Assembly (NCBI GenBank): GCA_013239625.1
Contig: MU053365.1
Span: forward strand, 1-64,000
DNA length: 64,000 nucleotides
Origin: Lama guanicoe
Taxonomy: Eukaryota
Direction: 5' to 3'
Position 1 is the stretch's first letter. Each line of letters opens with the position of its first letter. Shown here one piece after another: positions 27,801 to 40,303 of the stretch. Under the pieces are notes generated by a model, which saw nothing but the letters and a program-made list of their open reading frames with translations, made no database searches and was not told the origin of the DNA. The translations under genes were made by a program, and so were the position numbers.

Positions 27801-28184
27801 AGCTATGTGACATCTTTGGTGGGACCCTCAGCAGAGTTTGGAAGGCCGAGGGATCAGTGTCTGTGTACCAGCTTGTCTTCTGGGACCCGTAAGACGGTGT
27901 GAAGGAGACAGAAAGGAGTAGTAAGTGGCACACCCCTCTGCCGTGATCCGTGCCCTAAAGTGAAAACTGGTTTGCTTAGGAAAGAATCTTCCTTTCGGCC
28001 ACGAGGATTTCGCTGTGGCTGTGCAGGCGAGGGGACACAGATGGGAGGGCAGCGAGGGTTGTGTTTTGCCTGAGAAGATCCTCTGGGCGTCCTCGGAGGG
28101 CCAGGGCTCGGGAGGGCGCTTGGGCGAGCGCACGGCCCTCAGAAGCGCGGTCGCTGTCATTATTATTGTTTTTGTAATTTGCAG

Positions 28185-28311
28185 CGGAAAATCCGCCAGA
28201 GCTACTTCGCCTCTGTTTCGTATGTGGACACGCAGGTCGGCCAGCTTCTGAGCGCTCTGGATGAGCTTCAGCTGGCCAGCAGCACGGTCGTGGTGCTCAC
28301 CTCGGATCACG
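28185..28311 (+). CDS. IDS: IDS exon 7 ([43 protein letters not shown])
   Basis: Acceptor tttgcag|CGG, donor ACG|gtgagc, 127 nt; SDHG metal-binding motif; translated by hand because it is absent from the ORF track in this frame. Confidence 0.97.
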
Positions 28312-30402
28312 GTGAGCGTTTGAAATGCCCTGCTCCAAGCATCTGACCTTCTCTGTGAAAACTTTCCTTGATTGCCTTATAGGTGTGTGTTCTCTTCTGT
28401 GACTCAGCAGTGCCTTGAACCTGGAGTCTTGGATGCTTTTCTACCTTGTTAGTCCTGGGACCTCTCCCCAGGGAGGCACAGCCTCTTTTGGGTCAAAGAA
28501 GTATCTTGGATGCTTGGGTGGGTGGCTGGGGTGGACCTTGTAGCAACCTTTTGTTTCTTGGTGAACCAAGCGGTAACCATGTTTGTGTGGGGAGCCCTTT
28601 TAAGCCATTTGTAACCTAGATGGTTGGAGGATTTTCAGTCTGTCTTAGGAAGATCCAGAACAATTCTGGCAGAGCCCAACAAGGCCCTCAGACCCGGCTC
28701 ACCCCTTCCACCCCCAGCCCCACTGTCTTCTCTGCCAGGAGCCTGGGGGGGTCACAACTCTGTATATCTTCTAAGGCAGTTTCCCACTTTTTCCAAAAAT
28801 GGAAACCTTTTTTAAAAAATTCTTTTTAATTTTTGCCAGGGTGTGTTTGTGTGTTTGGGGCCAATGAGCCACAGTGCCCCCTTCCTGTACCACAGTTATC
28901 CACTCAGAGCAGTTTTGTCCATCTCATCCTCACCCACCCCTGAATTGTGCTGAAGCAAGTCTCAGGTGGTTCAGTTTTCTGAACGCTATCTCTAATAAAT
29001 TTGGCTCCTTTGAGGTTTAACCATACTACCATTACTACCATTATCATACCTAGAACCAGAAAACGATTCTTTAACATCCTCAAATGTGAAGTGGGACAAT
29101 ACTAGACCACAACATGTAGGACCCGCCTTTACCCCACCTGCCCAGAGCTGACTGGTGCTGGCGGGTCGGGGGCCCGTCCGCCAGCCTTCGGGGGTGCACA
29201 CACATTTGTCTGCCGTGAGCACGTCTGTACATAACGTATAGTCGGGGACCACGGCGGGCTTGATTGTGCTTGTGTACTGTTTTGTTCCCTGGTTTGTGTT
29301 TTCCACTTAATGTCACAGACAGTTCTCTGTGTCATTTTTCACAGGCCTCCCCTATGCCTTGTAAAGACCCATATTGTTTTGGCAGATACAGATGTGTCAT
29401 AATTTTTCACTGTTTCCCTGATGATCTGCCGCCCAGTGCTGCCCCTCTCCTCTGGGCGCTGTCTCCTCCTCCAGTGCTGACACGGCCCTCTGCACCCCAT
29501 GAGGGCGCGGCCCACTTGAAGCTCTCTTTTGCTCGGAGGCAACTGTGGTCAATGACAAATGGCCCTTCTCAGAGGGCTCCCCTGGGGCTTCCCCCAGCCG
29601 AACCACAAAAGACTTGTTGAACCCATACATGGCAGCCTTTTGTGGTTTTGGTTATTTTTTAATATGAAATACTCAATGTACAATCTCTTTTATGTTTTTT
29701 TTATATCAAAAAGGACACCCAAACGTGAAGTGATTGGAAATTCCCAACTTGGAGTATTCAAGCCATCTTTGCAAGGGATGTTTTCAGCAAGGGTTAGGGG
29801 TTGTCTTTAATCAAGGTTAGGGATCTGGACTCAGAAGTTACATTTTTTTGGCCTGTGGTATGTCTTAACTGAAAAAGATACCCTTGTGTTTTAAAAATCT
29901 GAGCAGTTGTGCTGCAGTTTCACAGCTCATTTCTTGGTGGTGCACACCCAAAAGTGAGAACCTGAGCTTGTGGGACTTGAGTCCAAGCTCGGGAGGCACA
30001 GGACAGAGAATGATGACACTGTGACTGTCGGGGTCTCCACTAGGTCAAGAAAGAGCCCTCCTTAGCGGGGGAGGCCGGTCTGTGTGGGGGCCATTGTCCC
30101 TTGGAGCCCAGCCTGGGTGCAGATTGCTAGTTGCTTGCTAAATATTTCTTAGTTTGGGAATTCAGTATTTTTTCCCTCTTAAAGGTTTCCTCATTCAAAA
30201 CAAATGTCTAACTTCAGATAAAGCTGCGTTCAGGGGAAATTCACTGCTTCTGTGGCAATTCTAGAGGAATTTCTTTCTTCTAGGTGATGGGTCTTTGCCT
30301 CCTCTGGTTTTCACTACTGGAAATGAAATGGTGTGTAACTCAGATGAGCAAGCTGCGAGGCGATTATTCATTTTCTGTCATGCTGTGCTTCTTACGAACC
30401 AG

Positions 30403-30576
30403 GGTGGGCTCTGGGTGAGCACGGAGAATGGGCCAAGTACAGCAATTTTGACGTCACTACTCGCGTGCCCCTGATGTTCTATGTTCCGGGAAGGACGGCT
30501 CCACTTCCGGAGGCCGGAGAGAAGCTTTTCCCATACATCGACCCCTTTGATTCCGCCTCAGAACCGATGGAGCCAG
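30403..30576 (+). CDS. IDS: IDS exon 8 (WALGEHGEWAKYSNFDVTTRVPLMFYVPG...SEPMEP)
   Basis: Acceptor gaaccag|GG, donor CAG|gtataa, 174 nt; GEHG..K sulfatase motif; translated by hand. Confidence 0.97.
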
Positions 30577-31534
30577 GTATAAAAATGCTCGATGATGTGA
30601 CTTGACAGCAGCGGCACCTGTAGTTGCCATGTAAGCTGCCTTATCAAATCCTCAGCGGCTTACCCAGGCCGCCTCCCTCCCAGCGCTGCCGTTCCTACAG
30701 CCGCGGCCCGAGCACCTCCCAGGCTCTGGGTCGGGAGGAGGGCCAGGGCTCGTGCCCATGAGTATGGCCCCTGTCACGAGGGGCTGCAGAGAAGGTGGGG
30801 CCAAGGAGCAGATGGCACCCCCAGGATGAGGAGGGCTGTGCTGGAGGTTACACCAGTGTGCTCTGGAGCTCAGATGAGGTGAGCAGCAGACTCCACCGGG
30901 GCAGGGCAGCCCCCTGACAGATGAACAGAACCCCATGACCTGCGCGCTTCCGGCAGGGACTCAGCCCTTCATGAGGGAGACATTTGCCATTTTGGCAGCT
31001 TGTCAATCTGGTGAAGCACTGGATCTGTAAAATCTGTCAGGTGGTTCTGCTTCTGCCGTCCCCAGCAGTGAAGGGCAGGTTTCCTTTGACTTCCACGTCC
31101 CAGTGCCTCCAAGCTGTTCTGTCCAGGTAGTGTCAGGCCCCTGGCTGTCCTGGTCCTCTGTCATTTGTCTGATTGCTTCCTCATGACTGGATTCAGGGCA
31201 GACATTTTGGACATGCGCATTAGAGGTGAGGCTGGGTGCTCCAGTCCTATCGCGTTGGCGGCCTGTCCCATTATTAGTGATGCCAAGTTTCATTACCTGG
31301 TGAAAGTGGATGCATCAGCCAGGCCTCGCCATTGTGAAGGTGTCTTTTTAAAAGAACTTTCTTTACCTTTTTTTCTTTTTATTTTACTTACAAAACAAAT
31401 GTATCAGAAATAAAATTGAGCAGTATGAAGCAAGCTCTTAAAGGTCCAGAAGGGCTAGAATGATGGCCCAAAATCAAGATAAATTTTAACAGGAGTGAGT
31501 ATAAAGCACATGATTTAGACTGTGAAGGTGAGTC

Positions 31535-32235
31535 AATCACAATGAGGTACCATTTCACACCCATTAGAATGGCTGGTATCAACAGCACTGGCGAGGATGT
31601 GGAGAAATTGGAGCCCTCAGACATTGCTGGTGGGAATGTAAAATGGTACAGCCGCTATGGAAAACAGTTTGGTGGTTTCTCAAAAACTTTAATATAGAAT
31701 GATCCTGTGACCCGGCAGTTCCAGTCCTAGGTGTATATCACACAGAACTGAAAACAGGCGTCGAAAGAAAAACTTGTAGAAGAATGTTCATAACATTATT
31801 AACAGCTAGAAGGTGGCAGGAACTCAGGTGTCCATTGACAGATGAATGGGTAAGCCAATGTGGCACATACATACAATGGAACATTATTCAGCCTTAGAAG
31901 GGAGGGAAACTCTGACACCTGCTACAACATGGGTGGACTTTGCAGACATTATCCTCAGTGAAAGAAGCCAGACACAGAAGGGCAAATACTGTGCAATTCC
32001 ACTTCTGTGAGGTACTTAAAGTAGTCAGATGCACAGAGACAGAAAGTAGAAAGGTGGGTGCTGGGGACTGGGGGAAGGAGAGTTGGGGAGTTGTGTAGGA
32101 TGCAGAGAGTACTAGAGATGGCTAGTGGTGATGGCTGCACAACAGTGTGAATGTACTTACTGCCACTGACCTGGACACTTAAAAAATGCTGAAGATGGTA
32201 CCTTTGATGTCGTTTGTGTTTTACAACAATAAAAG
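31535..32235 (+). mobile_element. L1MB-like 3' fragment, sense orientation, in intron 8
   Basis: ACAATGAGGTACCATTTCACACCCATTAGAATGGC through to an AATAAAA tail. Confidence 0.8.
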
Positions 32236-32609
32236 AGAGATGGGTCAAATGCAGACGTCCGGAGAGGAGCGATCTGCAGGGCGAGGCTGAGACTGGGATA
32301 GCCTGTTCCTCAACAGACTTGTTCCCAGTGGTTTGGGCCTCCAGTGATGATCCTTGCCCAAACCAGTTATATACTGGTGGTTCCAAAATTCGAGTCATTT
32401 TTAAGAGTGCCAACAGGCTGAGGGCACCTTCGTTCTGCATCCTGGGTGAAGTGCCGAGTTGGCGTTGTTCCTCAAACTCTCGTGCTTAAAATAAATTGCG
32501 GTGAAAGAACAAAAGACAGCGCGGAGCCTGGGCAGGCTCTGTGCACCTGCTGCCGGCTGAGGCAGGCGCCTGTGACGGAGCCCCTCTGCTGACTTGCTTC
32601 CTCTTTCAG

Positions 32610-33082
32610 GCCAGCAAGCCATGGACCTCGTGGAGCTTCTCTCGCTCTTCCCCACACTCGCAGGACTTGCCGGACTGCGTGTCCCTCCCCGCTGCCCCAT
32701 CCCCTCATTTCATGTTCAGCTGTGCCGAGAAGGCCAGAACCTTCTGAAGCATTTTCAATTCCGTGCCGTGGAAGGGGATCCGCCCGTCCACGCTAATCCC
32801 CGTGAGTTGGTTGCCTATAGCCAGTACCCCCGGCCTGCAGACTCTCCTCAGTGGAATTCTGACAAGCCTAGTTTAAAAGACATAAAAATCATGGGCTACT
32901 CCATACGCACGATAGACTATAGGTATACTGTGTGGGTTGGCTTCAGTCCCCAGGAGTTTCTGGCTAACTTTTCAGACATCCATGCAGGGGAACTGTATTT
33001 TGTAGACTCTGACCCTTTGCAGGACCACAATGTGTATAATGACTCCCAGGGTGGAGCCCTTCCCTGGTCATTGATGCCTTGA
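32610..33082 (+). CDS. IDS: IDS exon 9, coding part to TGA (GQQAMDLVELLSLFPTLAGLAG...GGALPWSLMP*)
   Basis: Acceptor ctctttcag|GC; 473 nt; exon lengths sum to 1647 nt = 548 aa + stop. Confidence 0.98.
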
Positions 33083-33223
33083 GTTTTGCCAACCACGGAG
33101 GGCGTATTTAACGCGCTCCCTTCCGGCTGGTGAGAGAGGGAAGTAGAGCTGGGTGTTTTGTGGGTATTAGTGATAACGGAAGCAACCTAGGGGTGGGCAG
33201 TCACAGAAGACATCAGCAATTTG

Positions 33224-33378
33224 GTGGAGGAGGGTGTAGCTCAGTGGTAGAGCGTGTGCTTAGCATACATGAGGTCCTGGGTTCAATCCCAAGTACCTCC
33301 ATTAAATAAGTAAATAAGTAAACCTGATTACCTCCCCCCAAAGCAAGATAAAACAAAAACAAAAGATGAAAAAAAAAA
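33224..33378 (+). mobile_element. tRNA-derived SINE (camelid Vic-1-like) in the 3' UTR
   Basis: Pol III A box TAGCTCAGTGG, B box GGTTCAATCC, (TAAA)-like linker and A-rich tail. Confidence 0.85.
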
Positions 33379-33721
33379 CAGTTTGACCTGAGAATATGTG
33401 ACAGACAAACTTACAGCTGGTAACTGTGCTGGGGCTGGGCTGAACCTTTTCTTGCCTTTTTTTTTTTTGAACAGTCATAGCTTATTTATTGAATGAGTAC
33501 ATACAGAGTAAGCAAACTAAAATAACCATACCTTTAGCTATCAAGACCGTAATAACTGAGCATTAACACTGTACTCAAGAAATACTGGAATTTAGTACAT
33601 TTCAGAAAGTAACCACATATCAAATTAGGTTTGACACTAAGTTTTTGGTTCTTTTGTTTAACTTAATCATGTATCTTATTTAGCCCAGTATATTCAAAAT
33701 ATATCAATATATAATCAATAT

Positions 33722-33727
33722 AATAAA
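33722..33727 (+). terminator. Candidate proximal polyadenylation signal
   Basis: AATAAA about 640 nt after the stop codon. Confidence 0.45.
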
Positions 33728-33792
33728 ATGTGAAGTTAAATAATAATGCCAGATGCCAAAGCCTTAAAGTCTATCTTCAATTTTTCTTTCTA

Positions 33793-33891
33793 TTTTTAAA
33801 AAAATTCTTTTTAATGGAGGTACTGGGGATTGAACCCAGGACCCCACACGTGCTAAACATATGGTCTACCACTGAGCTATACCCCACCCCC
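33793..33891 (-). mobile_element. tRNA-derived SINE, short form, antisense in the 3' UTR
   Basis: Reverse complement carries A and B boxes; 15-bp TSD CAATTTTTCTTTCTA (33778-33792) / CACTTTTTCTTTCTA (33892-33906). Confidence 0.88.
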
Positions 33892-35806
33892 CACTTTTTC
33901 TTTCTAAGATCGCAAATTTTCAAATCCAAATCTAAAGATAAAATATGCATAAAGTGATTTATGTGCAATTTCTTTATCAAATAATAAATAATGCTCAGTA
34001 AACTAGAGGCATGAGATGTATGAGAAATTCAGTTAAAAATTTTCATAGACTTTCTGGCCCAAATAATAATTTGTTTGCAGATTACTCTTGAACACAAAGG
34101 CCATCTATTAAAAGGCATCTTTATTCACAGTGGAAAACAGTTAAAGGCGTAACTGTATCCATGAACTGAGTCATTCAAAACTGTTAGTTTCCTCCTCCTT
34201 TAGGGATGGTTGCTTGCAGACATCCATGTATCCTGGAGGCAGGGAATAGTCAACTTTTAATTGCTGATTAAAGACATTATTAATTTTATTAAGTTCTAAG
34301 TTATTTTGAGAATTGTGGAAACTTTTCATTAGTATAATATTGTGATTTTTAATGCCCCAGAATGTGGTTCTGTATTCCCTAAATATGAATGTAACCAGAA
34401 ATGCAGGTGGTAGGAATAAGCTTAGTCCCCATCTTCTTACAGAGAATGGAATATTCCCAAGTCATATTTTCAACATGTTGAAGTTGATCAATTCTTAACA
34501 GCCATCAGAAGTCAAGCACTTTTTTAACAAACATCTAACATATTCCTGTATCGAAGTGAGTAGCTTTTAGTAATTCTTTCTTTACAAGTACTGCTTCAGT
34601 GTTTAAAGGTAAATGTTTGTGAAAAAACAAACTACAGCAGGTTAAATCGTTACTATACTGTATTAAATTGTAACCAGAAAGGCAAGATATATTAAAAGAT
34701 TACTTCAAATCAGTAAAATTTCAAATACAAATTTTTTTTCACTAATTAGCCTACAGTGGAGGCATATAACACCACAGTCTTCTAAGTGATTAAATTACTT
34801 CATTCTGGCAATAACAGTTTTCACTGGAGTGAAGGGCCCTGTTCCTCTCTCCTGATCCTGCAGCTCATCTCTCTTCTGGAAGCCTCAGCTTTCGTAGATG
34901 GTTTCCCCCAGCCTTTTCTTTCTCCTCCTTCATCCCCTTTATTACGCTCATCACTTCCACTAAGAATTTTACAATCCAGTCTGAATTCCTCATGACATAT
35001 TTCACTTTGTGTAGCTTTATCTCGTCTACAGTTAAGACTACACATTTCACACAGACTTTTATTTCACATCCATTTGTTGTTCCTAGTTGGCTATAATATA
35101 TACACTGCATCCTCTTTTTTTGCTTTATTTCTGGAAGCACAGTTTTAGTATCAAAAGCCTGCAAACTCTGTTCTTGCTGAAGCCATAAGCTGAACTGTGC
35201 CATGATGTGCACGGTGGCTGTGCTGTTGCCCTTTTGGCAGTGACTTCCGTGCGTGACTGAAGCCACGTGCAGGTCTGGGTCTACTTTGGGGCATTTTGCA
35301 TGTAGATCTGTCTCTGCCAGAAGTGCTTCTGTCTCATCTTCTCTATGCAAGGGCGCAGCCTCAGAAAGCTTCCGCTCTCCTTAGGGTTTAGCTTGGCTTG
35401 GCCTCCCTTTGTAAATCTCCTTTTAGAAGCACAGGCTCCATTCATGTTTGATGGCATGCTCTTCTAAATCATCTTACAGGTTCTGGTTGCTTTTTGTGTT
35501 TTTGACACTGAACCCAATTTAGAACCACCATTGCACATCTCCAGCAGACATCAGGATGAGCGGGTGCTTTCTGGTTTTCAGACATCGAAGCTGACCACAT
35601 TCCTTATCTTGACTCAACTTAGAGAAGCCACATCTTTGTTGCTTCCCGTAACTTTTCTCCAATCCTGCTGAGCTGGACATGTTTTATTAATGGCTCTGCA
35701 GTCACTATTTGTAGAAATCCCTATTTCTCTTGAGCCAGGGCTGCTTTTATGCAGTTTAGTTGAAACCCGAAGCAGCGAGCCTAGAAATTTTGAACGGCCC
35801 TTAATT

Positions 35807-35981
35807 CCGTGGCTCACAAACATGACGATGCATCAGAACCATCTGAAAGGCTGGTGCAGACCCAGCATGCTGGGCCCTGCCTGCACAGGTTCTGATTCAG
35901 TGGGTCTGGGGTGGGGCCTGAAAATTTGCACTTCTTAGAAATCACACAGCTCTTTGAAAGGCTGCACTTGGAGAAGCCCTG
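35807..35981. mobile_element. MER5A-like MITE
   Basis: TGCATCAGAAC..TTCTGATTCAGTGGGTCTGGGGTGGGGCCTGAAAATTTGCA. Confidence 0.65.
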
Positions 35982-35989
35982 TCCCTAGG

Positions 35990-36146
35990 TGTGTGCTGTC
36001 CAGTAGCCTCTAGGCACATGTGACTGTTTAAATTTAAATTAACTAAAATGAAATAAACATTTCAAAAGCAGCATCTCAGTGGCACTGGCCATACTTCAAG
36101 TGCCCAACAGCCAGTGCGGTTAGTGGCTCCCGTGTCGGACAGCACA
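35990..36146. mobile_element. MER3-like MITE
   Basis: Inverted ends GTGCTGTCC ... GGACAGCAC; CACATGTG..TTTAAATTTAAATTAA core. Confidence 0.65.
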
Positions 36147-36813
36147 CATCTAGATCCTTTCTGTTGTGGAAGACAGTGGATTGAATGGAGCTGTCCTAGA
36201 TTACCTCTGAATTTGAGCTGCATCCACTTGGCTACTGGCGAGTTCCTCCTATGGGCTGATTGTCTACTCTGTGTTTGCCCGCAGTTTCTTGTCCGGGGGT
36301 GAGCAACGTACGTTTGGGTTAAGCCTAGTGTAGGGAGTTCACTCTGACCATCAGCCTCTTCCTCTCCACTCTCATCGCCATCACCCCAGCCCTTCAGACC
36401 TCCTTCCCAAGTAGTTTACCTCCGCCTCCTCTTGCCTCCCTTGCCTCCAAAGAATCCATGTGTCTTCCTGAAGTCCCTCTTTGGTCCTGCCCTTCGAGAA
36501 CACCGTCAGTGCCTACTACTGGGTCTACACAGACCTCTGCTGAGCAGTCAGAGTCTTCCCTGACTCCACAAAGCCTCTCCTGGGCTGACCGGTTTGCCTG
36601 CTGGTCCCTGACTCTCCCTCGCCAGGCCCTGCCTCCCTGTCTACCCTTAGGCTGTCCCCTCCTCCCTCACCATCCATCTACCTATTCAGATCGTTCTTCA
36701 CAGCCGGCTCCCACGCCCCTACTTCCAACAGGCTGAGGGGTTTTGACTTTCTAGACCATAGCGTGGGATGAAATGAATGTTGTGAAAGAATTTTGTTGTC
36801 ACTTTAGTTAAAA

Positions 36814-36819
36814 AATAAA
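36814..36819 (+). terminator. Candidate distal polyadenylation signal
   Basis: AATAAA followed by T/GT-rich sequence. Confidence 0.45.
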
Positions 36820-39800
36820 GGTCTTTTTTCTGATTATAAAATTAATGTGTTAATTTTAGAAAAATTGGAAAACAAATGTAGTAAAAGATAAGAAAATGTA
36901 TCTGTATTTTATGCTAATAGTCACTTAATATCTTGTCTTCCGGGGGTGTCAATTTTTTACATTCTTGTGATCATACCGTATGCTTTATCATGCAATTTTC
37001 TATTCCTATTTTTTCACTATTATATATGGGTATCACAGATTTTTGCAAAGATACTTTATACTGGTGGTAATGTATTTTGTTGTGTAGTTTTGTCATAATT
37101 TACTTAACCTTTCAATTACTGGAAATTTATTTCCAGTTCATTTCCAAATTTTCAGTATTGTAAATAATGCTGGGATGAGCACCTTTGTGAATAAAGTTTT
37201 TTTCTGTATTTCACATTACTCTGTCAGCATAGTCTCAGTGCCAAATTGTCAAAAACATCTCCGTTTCACTCCTCTCCTCACTCTCCTGCGACCTTAGGTA
37301 GTAAAACTAAAAATAAAGCAAACAAGCACACAATAATACAAACCCATAAAAGCCAACAAACAAGAAACCCAAGCCCCACAGTAATAGGTGAAGGTAGAAT
37401 CCTGTTTTAGCTCTGCAGTCTTTGCTTAGCAGTGACCTTGATCATTGTTCTCTTTTTATGATTGTTGGGCATTTGTGTTTCCAGTTGGGTGAATTTGCCT
37501 TTAAATTTTGTTTATGGGTTTCACTTTTTTAAGTAATCAAACAAATTGCTCTTTTCCTTTGTGATTTTTTTTCCTGTTAAATGTGGAGGTCTTTCCCAGC
37601 CTGGAGATTTAATAAATATTCATTTTCTTTTGCTTTTTTGTGGTTTGTTTTGAATACTTAATGTACCCTGTCTCTCCACCTCATCATCAGAGTAGTATAT
37701 GCTCATCGAGTACAATTTGGAAGACACGGGAGACGGTAAGAATGAAGGGATGCTCAGCACACTCCCCAGCCTTTTTGCGCGATGAGAGATGAGCCTGGGC
37801 CTGGCGTCGGGGTGTGTGCCGAGAGGTGAGCAGGGTGACTCCGGAGGAGCCTCACCCCGGTGCCAGAGGGCTGGATTTCTCTGGATGATGGCAAGGGGCT
37901 GGCCCTTCCCCCTCAGTTTTCCTTGCTCAAGTCCAACATGCAGGTCACATCTCCGAGGAGTCTCGCAGCTTCTGGCCTGGGCTCTGGCATTGAGCTAGAA
38001 CCCGGCTGCCCCCTTTGGCCTGTGTCTGTTGTCTCTTTGGGCCTCAGGTATAGCCCACTGTGACTGAACCTGCTGTCAGCTGAGCCCCCCCCCTGCCCCA
38101 GCCTGATGCCCTCAGTGTCCCCTTGGCTCTCCTGGGCAGTCTTTCCTTTGTGTGCATGCGTCCTTGAAGCTGAGCGAGCTGCCACTGAATGGCGCCCTCG
38201 GCTCACCCTTAGTGTCGCCGTGATGGGTAAGAGCCCCCGCTGCTGTCGGGACTTGCCTTCCGCGTGCCTCTGAGGCTCCTGCTGGCGTTCCTTCCGTTCA
38301 CCCAGCTGCTGGGGCAGCCTCTGCCCTCCCCTCAAGTGTCAGCTAAACTACACAGTCTGATTGGGTGGGGAGCCCACCTTTTCTTTCACGCACAGTTTCG
38401 TGCCCAATCACTGGCAGCCAATGGTGCTGGTCACCGAAGGATGCCTGTGTTTGACTCTGGATTCTGGACGGTAGTTCTAGGCCTCTGATGGGGGCCAGTC
38501 CAGGATGGGGAAAACACGTGGCTTGGGTTGGCTTTGGGTAGAGGTGTCCAGGAGACCACTGGCAGTGCCCACACAGACCACGTGGCCCAGCCCAGGCGGG
38601 AGGAACCAAGCTCTGCTGCCCTCCGGGAACAAAGACACGAGGTCACGTGTACTTGGCCCCTGCCAGGAAGCAAGAGTTAGGACCCAGACAAAGAAGGGGC
38701 AAAGGCCACGGGTGACCGCTTCGGCTTTTTCCTGTCTGTGAGAGTCAGGGACCATGATTTATGCGGGTAAGATGGTTTGCAGCAGGACTGAAACTGACAT
38801 TAATAAAACCCTACCCTCATTTATCGTCATTTCGAGCATGTTTTGGAAGGAACCTTTTGCAGGTGATTTATATGCAAAACGCATTATTTACTTAACAGGT
38901 TTTTATCAATTAATCTCTTTCACGCTATTGAAAAGGTAGCCTTATATATGTGTTAAGTGCAGCATGAGTTATTGTATGGATAAATCATACAAGTTTGTCA
39001 TTATCACGGTGCGTGCAGTTCTTGCTGCTGTTCCAGGACTGCTCGATGCCGCCTGGAAATAAACGAGGGCTTTCAGCAGGTCCCAGTACCGCAGTTCAGG
39101 TGTGTGGCCGGCTGAGGGCAGCGCAGGTGTGCCTGGGGTGGGTGCAGGCGCTGGGGTGAGTTGTGCTGGAGTTTAGAAGCACCTTTCTGGGCGGTGATAC
39201 TTCTCTCAGCTTGCCCTGCAGTTAGAGACTCCCCAGAAAGGAGGAAGTGGGGTGGCCAGTCTGTTTAGGGAAACTAGATACGCAATAGCAACCACTGAGA
39301 GGAGGGCTGACTTGTCTTCTTGAAGGAAATGGCTGGGTTCTTGGAGTCCCAGCTGGAAAAGGCATCACTTAGCACCTCGACTTAAAAGTGCCTTGATGAG
39401 CCTTGGCTTGTCTTTTTCCACCTTACCTTATGGATGGCTTTGAGTGAAGATTTGGAAGGTACTTGGGGATGAAACTGAGGATACTGGAAGACACAGCCTC
39501 CATTTTCAAATGGCTCAACCCACTGGATGGATTGGGCCACTCTAAGCAGGTGAAGTATGCGCCATATATTTATTGGCTGGCTTGTTTTACTGTGGCTAGA
39601 TAGTACCTGCGTGCAGTACAAAGTTGAAAAGGCACAGACATGATGCAATGAAGAGTCATTTTCTCTTCTATCCCATCCCCAGCCACCTTGCTGGCCTCTG
39701 AGATTTCTTGTGAAATGGTGATATCTAAGAAGGATAAATGTAAGCTTAACAGGGGAGCCCCAGATCCAGTGTTGTAACTCGAGGCAGAGACCCAAGAGAG

Positions 39801-40303
39801 AGTGTCACACATGCAAACTTTCAGCATTTTGGCCAGCAGCTCAGTCTGGGGACATGGTGTGATGTAGCTGGCAGGCTACATAAATGGGTATCCAGGAGGA
39901 GGGAGGTGGTCAGCTTCATGGACAGCCAGCACCTGGAGACTTGTGTTTCACTGAGGATCTGGAGCTGTCACAGAAATGTGGACAAACAGAAGACCCAAGC
40001 ATCCTGGGAGGAGCAGTTGTAGGAGGAGTGTTCAAATTGGGAGAGAAAAGACTTGGGAGCAGGCAGAGGTGGGGAATGGGGAGCAGAGCATGGCGCTATC
40101 TTGAAATCTCTGCAGAAGTATAGAAAATAGAAATTGGACACTCTCTCTAATGACCTGAAGGGGAGAAGGGGCATCGATGCCGCAGGGAGACAGATGGTCA
40201 CTCAGCGGAAGGCTGACTGTCTTAACAGTGACTCTGGGTTGGAAGAGCCTGCCTAGGTGTAGTGAGCTCTCTGTCACCTGAGGTATGCATGCAACACCTA
40301 GGC

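Larger units (their letters stand above)
33083..36840 (+). other. IDS: Probable long IDS 3' UTR
   Basis: Follows the stop codon; AATAAA at 33722-33727 and at 36814-36819, the latter followed by T-rich sequence; the end point is inferred. Confidence 0.5.

Noticed and set aside
31444..31533. Possible cryptic exon ending at a consensus donor AAG|GTGAGT (31528) in intron 8
   Set aside because: Upstream acceptors have poor pyrimidine tracts, and isolated consensus donors are common by chance
33224..33305. tRNA gene-like sequences here and at ~33812-33891 and ~54630-54710
   Set aside because: A-rich tails, target-site duplications on two copies and mutual divergence identify them as SINEs, not tRNA genes
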